In this document: positions 49,423 to 62,948 of the stretch, piece by piece | Numbering within the stretch: the stretch's first letter is position 1 | Layout of the letters: every line of letters begins with the position of its first letter | Assembly (NCBI RefSeq): GCF_037042905.1 | Contig: NC_087263.1 | Coordinates: 11,968,001-12,032,000 of the forward strand | DNA length: 64,000 nucleotides | From: Lytechinus pictus | Lineage: Eukaryota | Direction: 5' to 3' | Made by a program: the position numbers and the translations under genes | The notes under the pieces: generated by a model | Told to the model about the DNA's origin: nothing | The model's database searches: none | Seen by the model: the letters and a program-made list of their open reading frames with translations, nothing else

Positions 49423-50976
49423 CACTGTGAAAAATGAAGTGCTAATTTAGCACTTACAGTGCTTGGATTGATTTTTTGATTTATTTCATTTCTTTTCTTT
49501 CCATTTTTCACATACAAATCAAAAATACATAAATAGAAATACATAAATACAATTACAAACAAAAATGAACAAAAGTAAGGACCTTACATTTGCAAAAATT
49601 GGGTAATGTAAATTATACGAACAAAATACGATACTTATATCATCATTTTATAAAACTAAACATTCTTGAAAGGGTGAGTATTCGTGTGTATGTAAAAAAA
49701 ATAAAAGGGGTGAAATGAAAAGAGAGACCAGCTGAGAAGCATGGCTTGTTGGACGCTGATCTCTCGAATACGTAAATAACGTAAATAACGTATTATAATG
49801 TGAACTTGGTAAATGATCATTCAAATCAAAGGAACGTAAATAGTAGGATAATCGCTGAAAGTGTGGAAGATAAATGCATGGTCATGGATGATATAGGGAC
49901 TGCACTGCTAGTGCTGATTTTCTAGTTCAAATTTAAACTAGAAAATCAACACTCGTAGTGCAGTCACTATACAAGCACTGTAAGTGCTAAATTAGCACTT
50001 CATTTTTTGTCTCACCTGCATAGCAGAGTGAGACTATAGGCGCCGCTTTTCCGACGGCGGCGGCGGCGGCGGCGACGGCGGCGTCAACACCAAATCTTAA
50101 CCTGAGGTTAAGTTTTTGAAATGACAGCATAACTTAGAAAGTATATGGACCTAGTTCATGAAACTTGGCCATAAGGTTAATCAAGTATTACTGAACATCC
50201 TGCCTGAGTTTCATGTCACATGACCAAGGTCAAAGGTCATTTAGGGTCAATGAACTTAGACCATGTTGGGGGAATCGACATCAAAATCTTAACCTAAGGT
50301 TAAGTTTTTGAAATGTCATCATAACTTAGAAAATATATGGACCTAGTTCATGAAACTTATACATAAGGTTAATCAAGTATCACTGAACATCCTGCATGAG
50401 TTTCACATCACATGACCAAGGTCAAAGGTCATTTAGGGTCAATGAACTTTGGCCGAATTGGGGGTATCTGTTGAATTACCATCATAACTTTGAAAGTTTA
50501 TGGATCTGATTCATGAAACTTGGACATAATAGTAATCAAGTATTACTGAACATCCTGTGCAAGTTTCAGGTCACATGATCAAGGTCAAAGGTCATTTAGG
50601 GTCAATGAACTTTGGCCAAATTGGGGTATTTGTTGAATTACAGCCATAAATTTGAAAGTGTGTTGGTCTAGTTCATAAAACTTGGACATAATAGTAATCA
50701 AGTATCACTGAACATCCTGTGCGAGTTTCAGGTCACATGATCAAGGTCAAAGGTCATGTAAGGTCAAAGAACTTTGGCCACGTTGGGGGTATTTGTTGAA
50801 TTGCCATCATATCTCTATAAGTGTATTGGTCTAGTTCATAAAACGTGGAAATAAGAGTAACCAAGTATCACTGAACATCTTGTGCGAGTTATAGTAGTTT
50901 TTAAAATCAGCACTGCTGCTATATTGAATCGCGTGATGCAGGTGAGACGGCCAGAGGCATTCCACTTGTTACAGTG
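49423..50976. mobile_element. Palindromic CAC..GTG MITE interrupted by a LINE 3' fragment (~49465-49890) and a HINE
   Basis: The left arm CACTGTGAAAAATGAAGTGCTAATTTAGCACTTACAGTGCTTG mirrors CAAGCACTGTAAGTGCTAAATTAGCACTTCATTTTTT[HINE]ACAGTG; TA flanks. Confidence 0.8.
50003..50970 (+). mobile_element. Helentron-associated (HINE/DINE-1-like) element, second copy
   Basis: Near-identical to 30274-31222 except for an 18-bp longer GGC tract and a few substitutions; inserted in a T-run. Confidence 0.87.
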
Positions 50977-51747
50977 TAAACTGTTCGGTCAGAATCGGTT
51001 GCTTGCACTTTCTTTGGACGATGAGACCTTAGGTTATGACATGAGATAGATGGAATGGAATGTATGAACTACATATCCATGGACGTATTATAAAGCCTGT
51101 TGGTGTCGTACATGGTAAAAATGTGTTAAACTACCTTTTCTCTGCTGTTGTTTTTTTTTCATTTCTGTTATTCATATTCTGATTTGTTTGTCAATTTGTT
51201 AGAAATGAAGAAGAATGAATTCAATCAGTCAATCAAAATTATGTTTAACATTTTTTTGTACAAAATCTATGAACTTTTGCAGAAGATTTTTAACAGTTTA
51301 AACAAGTGTTTGAAATCTGAAACATTAAAGTTTGGATTTATTATTTAATCAATGAATTAAGCATGGTTGATCAAACTGGTAAACAACTTTATGGTAAAAT
51401 TGAACAGTGTTGTATAAGGTTGTAAACATCATTTTTACTGTGTAGAACTAGAATCCTGATTGAGATGTTTGTTGTGTTAAAGTACCTTTTCTCCACTGTT
51501 GTTCTGCCGGGTCAGCATTCAAATGCATTACTTTCAGCATGTAATGTTTATGTTTTGAAATATTTTTTTTATGACAGATTTTTAATATAGTTTTAACCAT
51601 GAACCATCTTACTCTGACTTTGAAAACACTTGATTCTAGGGTGAAATATGTTTGCTGAAAAATATAGCCCTAGTTTCTTAAAAATAAAATGCACAAATTC
51701 TCCTCACTTTGAAGAATAGTCTGAGCATGGTGAAGTCCCTTCACTCC

Positions 51748-51919
51748 TAGTTTGCTGTGCAAACCCTTCACTCGAGTTAAGGGTCTGAATGTGCAGCCTA
51801 CCCATGACTTGTGTACTGAAGGCTCTCGAATTGAAACAGCAAGTTTTGTATGTGCTAGTCTTTGCGTGGAGACACACTTGTTGATTAAAGTTTCAATCAG
51901 GGTCTGTGCCTGCAGACTA
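51748..51919 (+). mobile_element. Composite TAG..CTA MITE with 9-bp TSD (AcademH-type)
   Basis: Flanks CTTCACTCC/CCTCACGCC; ends GGGTCTGTGCCTGCAGACTA; a diverged inverted relative lies at about 60053-60346. Confidence 0.65.
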
Positions 51920-52086
51920 CCTCACGCCTGATCTATCTATTACCTTCAACCAATCATGGCACAGTTATTTTAATTAAACAGGAGCAAACGGAGCTCTTCA
52001 GATGAATATCTAATAATTATTTCTCTCTCTTGTTGAATGATAAATGAACACAGTGCTGTAATCTGTAATGGCCATTATCAAAGATA

Positions 52087-52527
52087 CTACAAGGGGAAGA
52101 TCGGACACTTCAGCGATTTTTTGAAACGCTCAATTAATGATGATGGGGAAGGACGCCAGTAGCATTGGGTAAGTAACCCTTTGCACATTACCACCCGACT
52201 GTGTATAAAACATATGGGGAAAATGAGAAAGGGCATTTTGGAGAGGGCACAAGGGCGACGCATGGGAATAGTTCCACCTTTTATTACCCAGAAACCTCTG
52301 AAATGTATTCATCTTCAAGTTATGAACAATGAATTGAACATACAAAATTCTAAATATAAAAATCGTCTTTTCTTTCACCCCTTCACCATTTGTCTCATAT
52401 GCTTTGTACTCAACCAGATCGCGATACGCAAAGGTAAAAAAAGGCTGTTACTTCCTCAATGCTGTAGGGCGCTCTTCCCGAACGTTTCATTGCGCGCTCT
52501 ATGTACTGTCCGATCTTCCCCTTGTAG
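52087..52527. mobile_element. TA-flanked MITE with perfect 21-bp TIR
   Basis: TA|CTACAAGGGGAAGATCGGACA...TGTCCGATCTTCCCCTTGTAG|TA. Confidence 0.82.
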
Positions 52528-53407
52528 TATATTTGCCATTTTGTGATCCAGGGGCAAGTTGCATGAAGACTTGCATCAAATGTAACTAAAACAATCAATT
52601 GAAACTTGATTTTCAACCAATCAGGATTCAAAAGTGGGACTTACATTTGATAATTGCAACTATGTATTTAAATGCAATTTTTCTCCAACAGGCCCTATAT
52701 GTCTAATTTTCAGCAATTTCAGTAAATAAACAACTGTTATTTGATAAGCTGATATAAATCTTTGGATCTGAATGGCTGAGGGAAAATAATTCGGGAAAGC
52801 ACTGAAGACTTTTCATGATAATTAATTAGGCCTAACTTTCTCTTTCTTAACAACCAAGTAAGCTTAGTTTGATAATTTGGAATTTCCTGGTTAAAAGCAA
52901 TCCGTCATTCCATCATCACTCTATAATTTCCGATTCATTATTTTCCAAGATAAGACGTGCAGCTTTGAAAGTATATTAGAGAATCCTTTTAACTCATCAT
53001 TTTAACAAGTTTGACAAACTTGTTGATGGATCAGTTTTCAGAAGATGTAGTTCATGCAAAACGAATAGGCAGCCGACGTAAAGACGTACGGTGCCTCGCG
53101 CCAAATTAGTTCTACTGGGCAAGCATGGGATCGATATATGCTAATCGGTACATGCACCTAACAATCATGTTCAGGAGAGCTCTAAATTTCCAGCTCCAGG
53201 TATCATTTTGGATGAAAGCATATCAATATTTGCCTCGCGCACCTACAGTGTATGAAGGCTTGTTTCCATGGAAACTGCAGGTTGGATGTTTGCCTCCAAG
53301 ACATGTAGCTGCGATTGCTCCTTACAACTTTTCATTAATATTGAATCTCTTTTCCCCTTGGTCACCTTCCTGTTCCTTTTTGGCCATCCTATATCTTTCC
53401 TTCCTTA

Positions 53408-53788
53408 TACCCCTTTCATAAACCCAATAAAACATATCCTCCAATTAGCCGCCTAAGAGTAATGCGGATAATTCAATAAAAATTGCGTTCACAAACTCCA
53501 TAAATTATTTTTACGAGCGCCCGTCCTGAAAAAGGCGGATAATCGTCATGACAACTGGACACGCCCCCTCCAATATGGTTGTGTTGGAAAAGGGTGACCT
53601 TGTGACCGCACCATGGCAATTATCCGCATTATTTGGAAATACGTTCATAAACTCAAAATCTTGTCCCTTGCGGATAATAGCTCAGCATCAGAATAATGCG
53701 GATAACTCTTGTCCTCCTCTGATTTTACGACCAAATTATGCTGCTATTAGCCGCATAATTGTGTTTTATTGGGTTTATGAAAGGGGTA
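53408..53788. mobile_element. Harbinger-type MITE, TTA TSD
   Basis: TTA|TACCCCTTTCATAAACCCAATAAAACA...TGTTTTATTGGGTTTATGAAAGGGGTA|TTA; internal GCGGATAA repeats. Confidence 0.85.
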
Positions 53789-53870
53789 TTAAAGTCTTCC
53801 CCTTCCTCACTTCCTGATCCAGCATCCCGCCTCCTCCCTGCTTCTTCTCACCTCTGTTCTCGGTCCTTAG

Positions 53871-54370
53871 AGGGAAGTTCGCCCTGAAGAAAAGTTTGTT
53901 GTTAAAATAGCAGAACAAATAATGAAAACCATTGGTGAAGGTTTTAGGAAAATCTGTTAAAGATTAAGAAAGTTATTAGAACTTTAAGTTTTGGATTTGT
54001 GACGTCATAAACGAGGAGCTGCCCCATATGTTATGTAGTGTAAAATGCATGAATTTCATTTTTTGAATGGTTCCTGATGACTTATTTTTGTTTTCTTTTC
54101 ATGATCGGGAGTGAAATGATTTGTCTATTGATATACAAAAGGTACAGTAAAAACCATTTTAAATTTTCTGAGAAAATGCCATTTCATTGATTTGTTTTAC
54201 CATTCGATATGCAAGAATGCTCATCGCATATGACGTCACAAATCAAATAATTCAAATTATACTAACTTTTTAATTCTTTGATGCATTTTTCTCTAACCTT
54301 CAGCAATATTTTTTTTTTCATTTTTTCTGCTATTTTGACCATAAACTTTTGGTCAGGGTAAAGTTCCCCT
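53871..54370 (-). mobile_element. Kolobok-type MITE family C, diverged copy
   Basis: Reverse-complement homology to 15564-16060. Confidence 0.8.
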
Positions 54371-56228
54371 TTTATTTTGTCTTTGTTTTTAAAGGGCATA
54401 CAAACCAGCAGCTATTACTATCTTTTGTTTATTTTGTATGTATATATATATATATATGTATGTAATTAATTATGTGTTCTTATGTTATGCAGGGCCCCCA
54501 TGTAAAACAGTATTTAAATTACTGATGGGGCTACCCTATTGAAATAAAAATTAATAAATAAATAAACAAATAAAGCAGCCTTATTAGCTCCTCCCCAAGT
54601 CATCAACTCATATCTGGTCATGTTCGTTACCCATAATGCAATGTTCTGAGCAGTGTAGTCTTGTGATACAGAACCACTTGAATGATAACACATGCACAAA
54701 TCCGCTTCTCGGTGCATTCACACTGCTATAATTATTTTTATTTTACCAAGTAGCAAAACAGGAACCGTTCCTCTAAAAAATATCTTAGTTTCTCTACACG
54801 GATAAAATAATGGGCTACTTTAATCTCTGTATTAATAGATACCTCAAAAGTATCATTCAAGAGTAGCTACATCTACTCACAATACACAGTAAATGAGAAG
54901 ACAACACGTATTGTTGGTCAGTTCACTCCCCCCCCCCCCCCTTGAAGTAAAAATGGCACCTTTCAATTTTGAATCAGCTTACATTATCTTGATCTGATTT
55001 CAGTTTAGACTTCTGTCAGTACATTCAAATTGTTCGAAATGTGGAAGAGCAGATTTGTTTGTACTTTACTTTCAAAATGTGTGATATTTGTTTGCATTGC
55101 TGGTTAAAGCACTTTCTAGCTATTTAACAAATTGATATCATAATCTAATTTTTGATTAGGTGTAGTAAAAACAAATCAAACATTTAAGGTAGAGTATGCA
55201 GAATCCACTGTTTCACTTTTCTACATGTATGGAATACCGTGAACAACACTTTGATTTTTCTTGAATAACAAATTCAACAGTTTCATATCTTCTAAAGATA
55301 TTTTCACTACGTCCAGGGTTTTACATCTGTCTCACTTACAAAAATGACTAGTGCACAGTAAAATCACTGTATAATTTTTGTTTTTAGCTGTTTACTATAT
55401 GAACAGCAGTTGGGTAACAGTTTAAACAAGTTTTTAAAATCTTGAACAACAAAGTTTAATTTCCTATTTTTAAACACGGTTGTTTAAATTGTTAAACAAT
55501 TAAGGTTCATATTCATTATAGTTACAGCAAACAACGTTTTTACTGTGTATATGCGACCAGTGTGAAACAAAAGGACTCGCATTATTATGATTATCCCTGA
55601 ATGAGTATACTTTTTGTATTAGTGTAAACTTAAATCATCAGAACTATTCTTGATGTAAAGCAAGGTGATCGAGTGTCCATGAATTGGAATGCTATTTTTT
55701 TGTAACTAGCTGATAACCACAAGATGTTAATTAGGATCACTCATTTATAAACTTGACATGTATGTTAATTTGAAGCTTGGACAAGTTCTTGAACAGATAC
55801 TGACAGATATTTTCTAATTATGCAGATATGAATGTATCTTATAATGTCAATGGCTCATTGCCACTTTTTTTTTGCAATACAAATTAGATATTTAATATTG
55901 CTGTTTGAATTCTAAACATTTTGTGTAAAATTTTAACTATATTTCATTAATTCATTAAGTAAACCAAGACCTGTTGCAGAAGTAGTTGCAATCAATCGCA
56001 ACTCTAAAAATCACGCGCAACTTGATTTTCAACCAATCAACAGCGCGCATTTGGGACTTGCGATTGATTTTTTGACTTGCGTTTAAACGCAACTCTTTCT
56101 GCAACGGACCCCTGTTGCAGAAATAGTTGCAATCAAATGCAACTCCAAGAATCAAACGCAACTTAACTTTCAACCAATGAAATTCGCACATTAGGGACTT
56201 GCAGATGATGTCTTTGCATCAGGCCCTT

Positions 56229-56872
56229 GGGATGTTTCACTAAAAGATTTAAGTTTGACTTAGAGATGCACATACATGTATGCCGATGTTTACATGATAT
56301 GCAATGCACAATCTTATCGATCAATACGCATTAGTGTGCGTCCTCTTCGCATGATCTGACCAATAATTACTGTGCTTACACGTGCATCGGCTTTTGGTTT
56401 ATCTTGCACCGCGTTTACACGCTGTCACAGCTCGCGGTGCAGAATCGGCTCGCGTTGCAAAAACCTGAAATGATCCGCGCACCAACAATATACGTCATAA
56501 TAAAGACAACGCTGGCTCCGTGCGCTTACAAGTACGTCATAATGGTAAAGTAAATGAAATGCGTGTCAATTGCTGATGCAGAATCGGTTTTCTGTTTACG
56601 CGTAGAAAAAAAGTCGATTCTGCATCGGCTCGCGGTTCTGAACCTACTACTTTGGTGGTGCAAAATTGCAGATTCTGCACCGAGAGCCGATGCAAGTTAA
56701 TCGCATTTAAATGTACATGCAATCAAAAAAACGATTCAGCATCAGCTCGCGGTTCTGAACCGCTAGCCGATGCAGCGTGTAAACACAGTCACTGTCATGC
56801 CTTTTATACCGCATGCAACTAGACATTTAAGTGCGACTCTAAGTCATACTTAAATCTTTGTGAAACACCCCC
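56229..56872. mobile_element. Harbinger-like MITE with a nested MITE (56369-56789)
   Basis: Outer GGGATGTTTCAC..AAAGATTTAAGT / ACTTAAATCTTTGTGAAACACCCC; inner ACTGTGCTTACACG-TGCATCGGC / GCCGATGCAGCGTGTAAACACAGT. Confidence 0.7.
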
Positions 56873-58057
56873 GTGGGAAGATATTTCACTGCGTATTCAA
56901 TATTGATTGTTGAATGTTTATTCAGAAGTTGATATCGTATCTTACTTAGCAACCTGATGATTATATTGCCTCCAAGCATGGGGTATGGAAAGTTTATGAT
57001 ATGGGTATATACCTTTTCTAATTAACTGAGATTCAATCTCCACAATCCTATGTTGTGTCTCTCTAAACCACATATCAGGTGGACCAGTAACTTAATGAAA
57101 AGAGAGTCCACTCCACAGAACAGTTCTTAAAGGGGAGATGGGGCTGAGATGACAGTTGGGGGCTGACCATGCAAATACTACAATCAGGGGCCCATAACAC
57201 AAAGCTTAGCAATCAATCGTAAAACATGTTTCTATGATTGATTGCATTGACTACAATGTACAATCAATTGTGATTGCTTGATTGATTTCTATCTCTCCCA
57301 TTTCTTTCTTGTATTACCTTTCATCCCCTTTGTTTTTCTGCGCCTGTATAGTTTCCTTGTCTGCAGTCTAAATTTTTAGAACTCCCATACTATTTTATTC
57401 CCTTGCTCCATTCGCTAAATTTATATAATTATTCCTTGGATTCATTCTTCTTTCATTTATTCTCTTTCTATTGTTTTATTTTCTATTATTCTTTACCCTT
57501 CTTTTTCTTTTAGACTGAGTCATTCAAATCAGTCAAAAGCAAGTTTAGGACTTGCAGTTGAGTTCAGTTACATGAAAAATTGTTATAACCTTGCTGATCA
57601 CAGTGTATTCACATAGTGGACTATGTGAAAGTATTATTCACACTGTTAAAATGCTCAAATTCAACAGTGTGAAGATATTTGCACACTGTGGACACCTCGA
57701 TAGTGTGACTGTTCAGGTTGTGTTCACATGGTCGACTATGTGGATATGTGATTCACGCTGTTGAAATGCTAAAATTCAACAGTGTGAAGGTGATTTCACA
57801 TTGAGTTCCACACTGTGTCACACACTGTGAACACACTGTGGGACACTGTGTTCTTTCGAGTAGGGTTGCTTCTTCTAACTTCTTTGGTAAACCTGTTGAA
57901 TCACACTTACATATGATAAATTGCAAACAACTGGATTAATTCTTCTTTTTTTAACATTTACTCTTCCCTTTCCTTCAATTATTTACATCAGAAGTATTGC
58001 CTCTTACTTTGAACCAGCACAATTGGATGATGACCATGATTACAATTTTTTAAAAAA

Positions 58058-58563
58058 TGATTTCACTGTTTTGTATCGTCAATTTATCACCACTCCCATA
58101 TGATTTCCATCCCTCCTCCCTCCCCCTTCACTTTCCATCTATCAGCATCATGTTGCCATAGTGATATATCAGTTCTCTTACCCTCAAGCCATACCAAACA
58201 TCTTATGTGGGGCATCCTTTATCATTCTGAAAAAACCCATTGAATTCACTGTTTTGTATCAATTTATCACCACTCATATCATCTCAATCCCTCCCTCTCC
58301 CCTCCCCTTTCCATCTATCAGCATCATGTTGCCATAGTGATATATTAGCTCTCTTACCCTCAAGTGATACCAAACATCCGATGTGGGGCATCCTTTGTTA
58401 TTAAAAAAAAACATTGATTTCACGGTTTTGTATAAATTTATCACTACTCCTATCATCTCCATCTCCCCCACCCCTTTCCATTTATCAGCATCATGTTGAT
58501 GTAGTGATATATTAGTTCTCTTACCCCCTAGTGATACCCAACATCCGATGTGGGGCATCCTTT
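58058..58563. repeat. Tandem repeat, ~3 x 175-183 bp
   Basis: Units start near 58058, 58241 and 58415 (TTCACTGTTTTGTAT...ATCAGCATCATGTTG...ATGTGGGGCATCCTTT). Confidence 0.88.
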
Positions 58564-58761
58564 ATTAAGAGATGTCTGATGTGATGTGATAACGCCTGCT
58601 TCCATTTGAAGAAACAGGATTTTTACATTCCCTTTCTTGCTCCTAACACTGGTAGTGAGACAGACAAAGAGAGAGAGAGAGATAGATACAGGAAGAGATT
58701 GAAAGACACAGAGATGGACCTAGAGAAAGAGAGAGATTGGGGGCAGACAGGCAGACTCAGA

Positions 58762-59080
58762 GGCCCGTATGCTGAGGTCAGGTTTAACTTAGACCATGGT
58801 CTACATGGTCTAACTCTGTGCTAAAATTATGGGAAGCCAGAAGTGTCAAATTTTTTATTAAGTTGTATGTTTCTTACATGTATGTTTACTGTACTGATTG
58901 ATCGATGGTGAAGACAATCATCTATTTATACTTCCTAGACATTTATGAATGATTTGAGAGCCAAATGAGCTGAAATATTATATTTCTACTGTTAGTGATT
59001 TATGTAACAATTTGCTATCCATACTTAAACCACAACTTTAAACCTGAGTTTAAGTTAAGCCCGAGTTTAGAATACGGGCC
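58762..59080. mobile_element. Harbinger-like MITE (GGCCCGTAT termini) in a GA-rich tract
   Basis: GGCCCGTATGCTGAGGTCAGG...CCCGAGTTTAGAATACGGGCC; its right end is related to the sequence starting at about 1828. Confidence 0.72.
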
Positions 59081-61199
59081 ATAGAGACAGAGAGAAAGAT
59101 GAAGAGAGAGAGGAAAGGGAGAGAGAGGGGGACAGACAGACACAGACAGAAAGACATGGAGACACAAGAGGGTCAGAGCGAAAGAGGGAGAGAGTGATGG
59201 AAGGCGAGTTAGAGATGCACAGAGGGGGAGAGAAGGAGTAAAATATGGATCCTCCGGTCTGCAGGATAATATCTCAATTGTCTGTGAAATGGGTTCATCC
59301 TCTCCCTGATAGCTCAACCTGGGCAGTGTTTCGTAATGCATCTTGTCAGTGACTTTCACTGATGACATTGCTCTGAGTCAAGCAGATGCAAGGGTTTCAG
59401 TAGCTTGTAACAGATTGTTAAACTTTTGTGAAATGCTCTCCAGGAATGTGTTCAGGAACTTCAGGCAGCACGTTTCTTGAGCTAGAATGAAAGTTAATCA
59501 CAAATAGAAGACCAGCACATATAACTCGTATATATGAAGAGTATTCCAACAATTTATCATCATTGCTTGTAACGATCCACATTCCATAGTTTACGTCCAA
59601 CGAAAAAGGTAGAAAAAAAAAGATGTTGGGTTGTATCCCAAACTTCCAAGGTTCAAGGTTATCCTAGGTTAGTTCCCGAAAAAAAAGTTTACAAGAGGCA
59701 TAGTGTTTACACGGCTGACGGTTGACAAATTGACAACTACGAATCAAGAGATTATAGTTAATGCCAAGGCCCGTAAAAAAATGTACCACTCCTTTATTTT
59801 GATGTGACTGTCTGCAAATCTTCAGGGGATACGCCACGTTGCTGATTCCCTCATTCAAAGACATATCAACTGCCCACCTTAAATGCTTATCAGAATTCAA
59901 AAGTAAACCACTATGATCTTTTTAGCAACTTGTTACGCAGAGTCACATTGTGAAATGCACCCTGTTTAGTATTTACCATTTCATACATTTACATGTTTTC
60001 TGAAAGACATTTTATATCCAACAATTGAAGACAAATCTTTTCATTGCTCGTCTAAGCTTCAGGCACAGACCCTGATTAAACTTCGATCAACAAATGGGTC
60101 TTCAGCATTCACGACTGGCACATAAAATGCTACGGTAAAAAATACTGTACCTTTTCTATAGCCATACTAACAAGTTATACTTAGCAATAAATGGTATGAA
60201 ATCGTTTGTACAGCAATTTTAAAGGTATTTGTGACTATATTGCATAGCAATTGCTGTTTCAATTTTAGGTTCCTTCAGTACACAAGTTATTGTAAGTGGC
60301 ACATTTAGACCCTTTGACTTGAGTGGAGGGATTCCACAGCAGACTATTTCAACGCTGCATATTGAAAGCGTGATTCTCTGTGAAATGTGCTCGCTTGAAC
60401 GCAGCCGTGGTGATAGCTCAACTAGGAATGATTGATACTCTGCCGAGAGGGACTTGTTCTGGGGTTAGACAGGGAGACAGGCATAGGGATGGCCCTTTGG
60501 CTGGGGTCAGACACAACCCTGGGTTCCGACTATATTGTCCAAGGGGAGGGCAAAGTCTCGGCCTGATCTTATGTGTGTACAGTGCTCCCACTCTTTCTTG
60601 AATCCAGGAAATTCCAGGAAGTTTTGATATTTTCCAGGATCATTCCAGGAAGTGAGAAATTCCAGCAAGTTATTATTTTCGGGAATATTTCTGAATATTA
60701 TGTCAAAATCTATCCCAAAATCGGATCTTTTTAATTAAAATGTCAAAAATTTTGCTCGCTCGCTCGCAAGTCTTTATTCACTTTGCCCATTACGTCATGT
60801 TTCGCCCCCTCAAAATTGTTGGCTCAATTACGGCACTGGGGCTTGGGCCCTATATTTCATTTTGTGTGTGTGTATTAGAAGAGAATTATAACTTATGGAA
60901 GACTGGAGAACTTTCAGAGTAAATTCCAGGAAGTTCCGTTTTGAAAACTGGTGTGTGTATATTTTAGGACTGACAGTTCACATCAGTCTCTGAGGCTCAG
61001 ACACTAATTGAGCCAATGAGAGAGTAATATGCAAATCTTGTGTCCAAGAGGACTGCCAGCCCCCCCCCCCCCCCCAAAAAAAAAAAATGATAGTGTGAAA
61101 GCAGGGTTGGGGATACTTTCAGACTTGTTCAAACAGTATTTACAATATTTTTATGTAGAACAATATTATTGTAAAGAGGGTTAGCCTAAGTGCCATCCA

Positions 61200-61253
61200 C
61201 ACTGTAAAAACAAGCACTGTAAGTGCTACATTAGCACTTCATTTTTTACAGTG
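61200..61253. mobile_element. 54-bp mini CAC..GTG element, 2-bp CA TSD
   Basis: CA|CACTGTAAAAACAAGCACTGTAAGTGCTACATTAGCACTTCATTTTTTACAGTG|CA; deletion derivative of the 49423-50976 host element. Confidence 0.8.
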
Positions 61254-62948
61254 CATCATGATTTTGACATGGAAAATAAATGAGTGAAAATGTTTTGAAA
61301 CCTTTGAGTCTGACTAGTAAAGTGGTCCTGCATGAATTAATGGCAATACAAACCCCATTCCAATACGCCCACAAAATCAAGACTTGATAAGAACAGGCGC
61401 TGTATATACATGGCAAAGTCAGATGGAATCTTCATAAGAATAACTCCGTTTGATCCACATGGAGACATTCATGTCAGCCTATTTAATTTGAACTTCGGTA
61501 CGAGCTGCTCATCTGACTTTTATCTTGTTAGTGCAGGGCAGGCTTTGGTATGAGCTGTTCATATGACTTTATTTCGTTACTGCATGGCAGCAGGCTTTGC
61601 CTCTATTCTTGGAATCCTCGGTCATTTCTGTTGATAAAGCGGAAAGAGCTCTTCATGTTTTTGTCAGCTATGCTTTTTGATTAATCGCATCACTGGTGTA
61701 TTGGGAATAGCACATCCCACTCGCATGTCTCGGCAATGGTAAACCGATGTTCACCCGATGTTCTCTTTTGCTAGTTGTATTGTGGGTTAACGTAGAATGT
61801 GATTTGGAGAAGATAACAAGCATTGTCATGTATGGTCCATTCTTTCTATTTTAAATCAACACCAACCCTCTAAACAGTTCAGTTTCTCCCACAAAAAGTA
61901 AACTGGGTTTCCCTTTGTTTTTCTTCATAGGCAAATGAATTATTGGATTTCATTTGTAATATTGTAAAGCTCAGTTTTCTTCTATCTTTTTTGATACCTG
62001 ATGTAAGACGAACACTTCAGGCATTGATGAGCAAGAGTTTGAAAGTTCATTGTCAAATCAGATTGTGCATTAAACTTAGACAAGATTGGCCAATTGTGAA
62101 ATGACCGTGCTTATTCGATGATATGCTCATTATGATATCTTTTGTAATTCTTGAGTTTCTGTCGCCTATCTCTTATATTCAGATTCACTTGGAAGTTTTT
62201 GCGCAGATCATTTCTGATATGCCTCAGTATTTATTGTTTGTAATCTGCCTTGCTTGAACAATATGCTAACATTTTGGTCTCAAATTATAAAGGAGATTCC
62301 ACTTTTACCAGAAATGTGAAATTTATAATCAAACATATTTTATAATTGTGAAATCTATCTCTGAAAATGGGTTTCCTTTTTTGTGGAATGCAATATATTG
62401 CAGCAGTTTGATTCAGGGAACTTGATCATAGTACACACTTCCTCACCCAAGTAGAAGCCCTGAAGATATGTTACAGTAGAGTTTGAGCAAATGTAAAACG
62501 AAACCTATATGATCAATATAGTTTCCAGGTTGGAGTACATTGAGCCATTAATCTGCAATTGATTTGTTGGACTGCAAAGTGTTTAAAGTTTATGTTACAC
62601 TCTTTGCCCAGTAAACGTGCCTGGCAGTGTTTTGGGAAGATGATACCTGTTTATTGGAATCGGATACTGGTAGAGTATTTGGTGGGACAGAGTTTGTCGC
62701 TGATTTTTGTGGGGATGGGGCCCTATTCAAGAACTTTGACAAGTGAGGGAGCAAAGCAACATAGCAGATTATGAGGGTATTATTCTTTTTTTTTTATTCG
62801 AAATTGACAATAAAGGTGATCTAATGAAATCAAAAATATCAGCTAGAGAAAACTATTGCATCAGAGAAGTTTTTAATTTGTGACAATATGCAAGCAGCTG
62901 CGCCCCAGATGACATTTAACATACTTTGCATCAAATACCACTTCTTAA

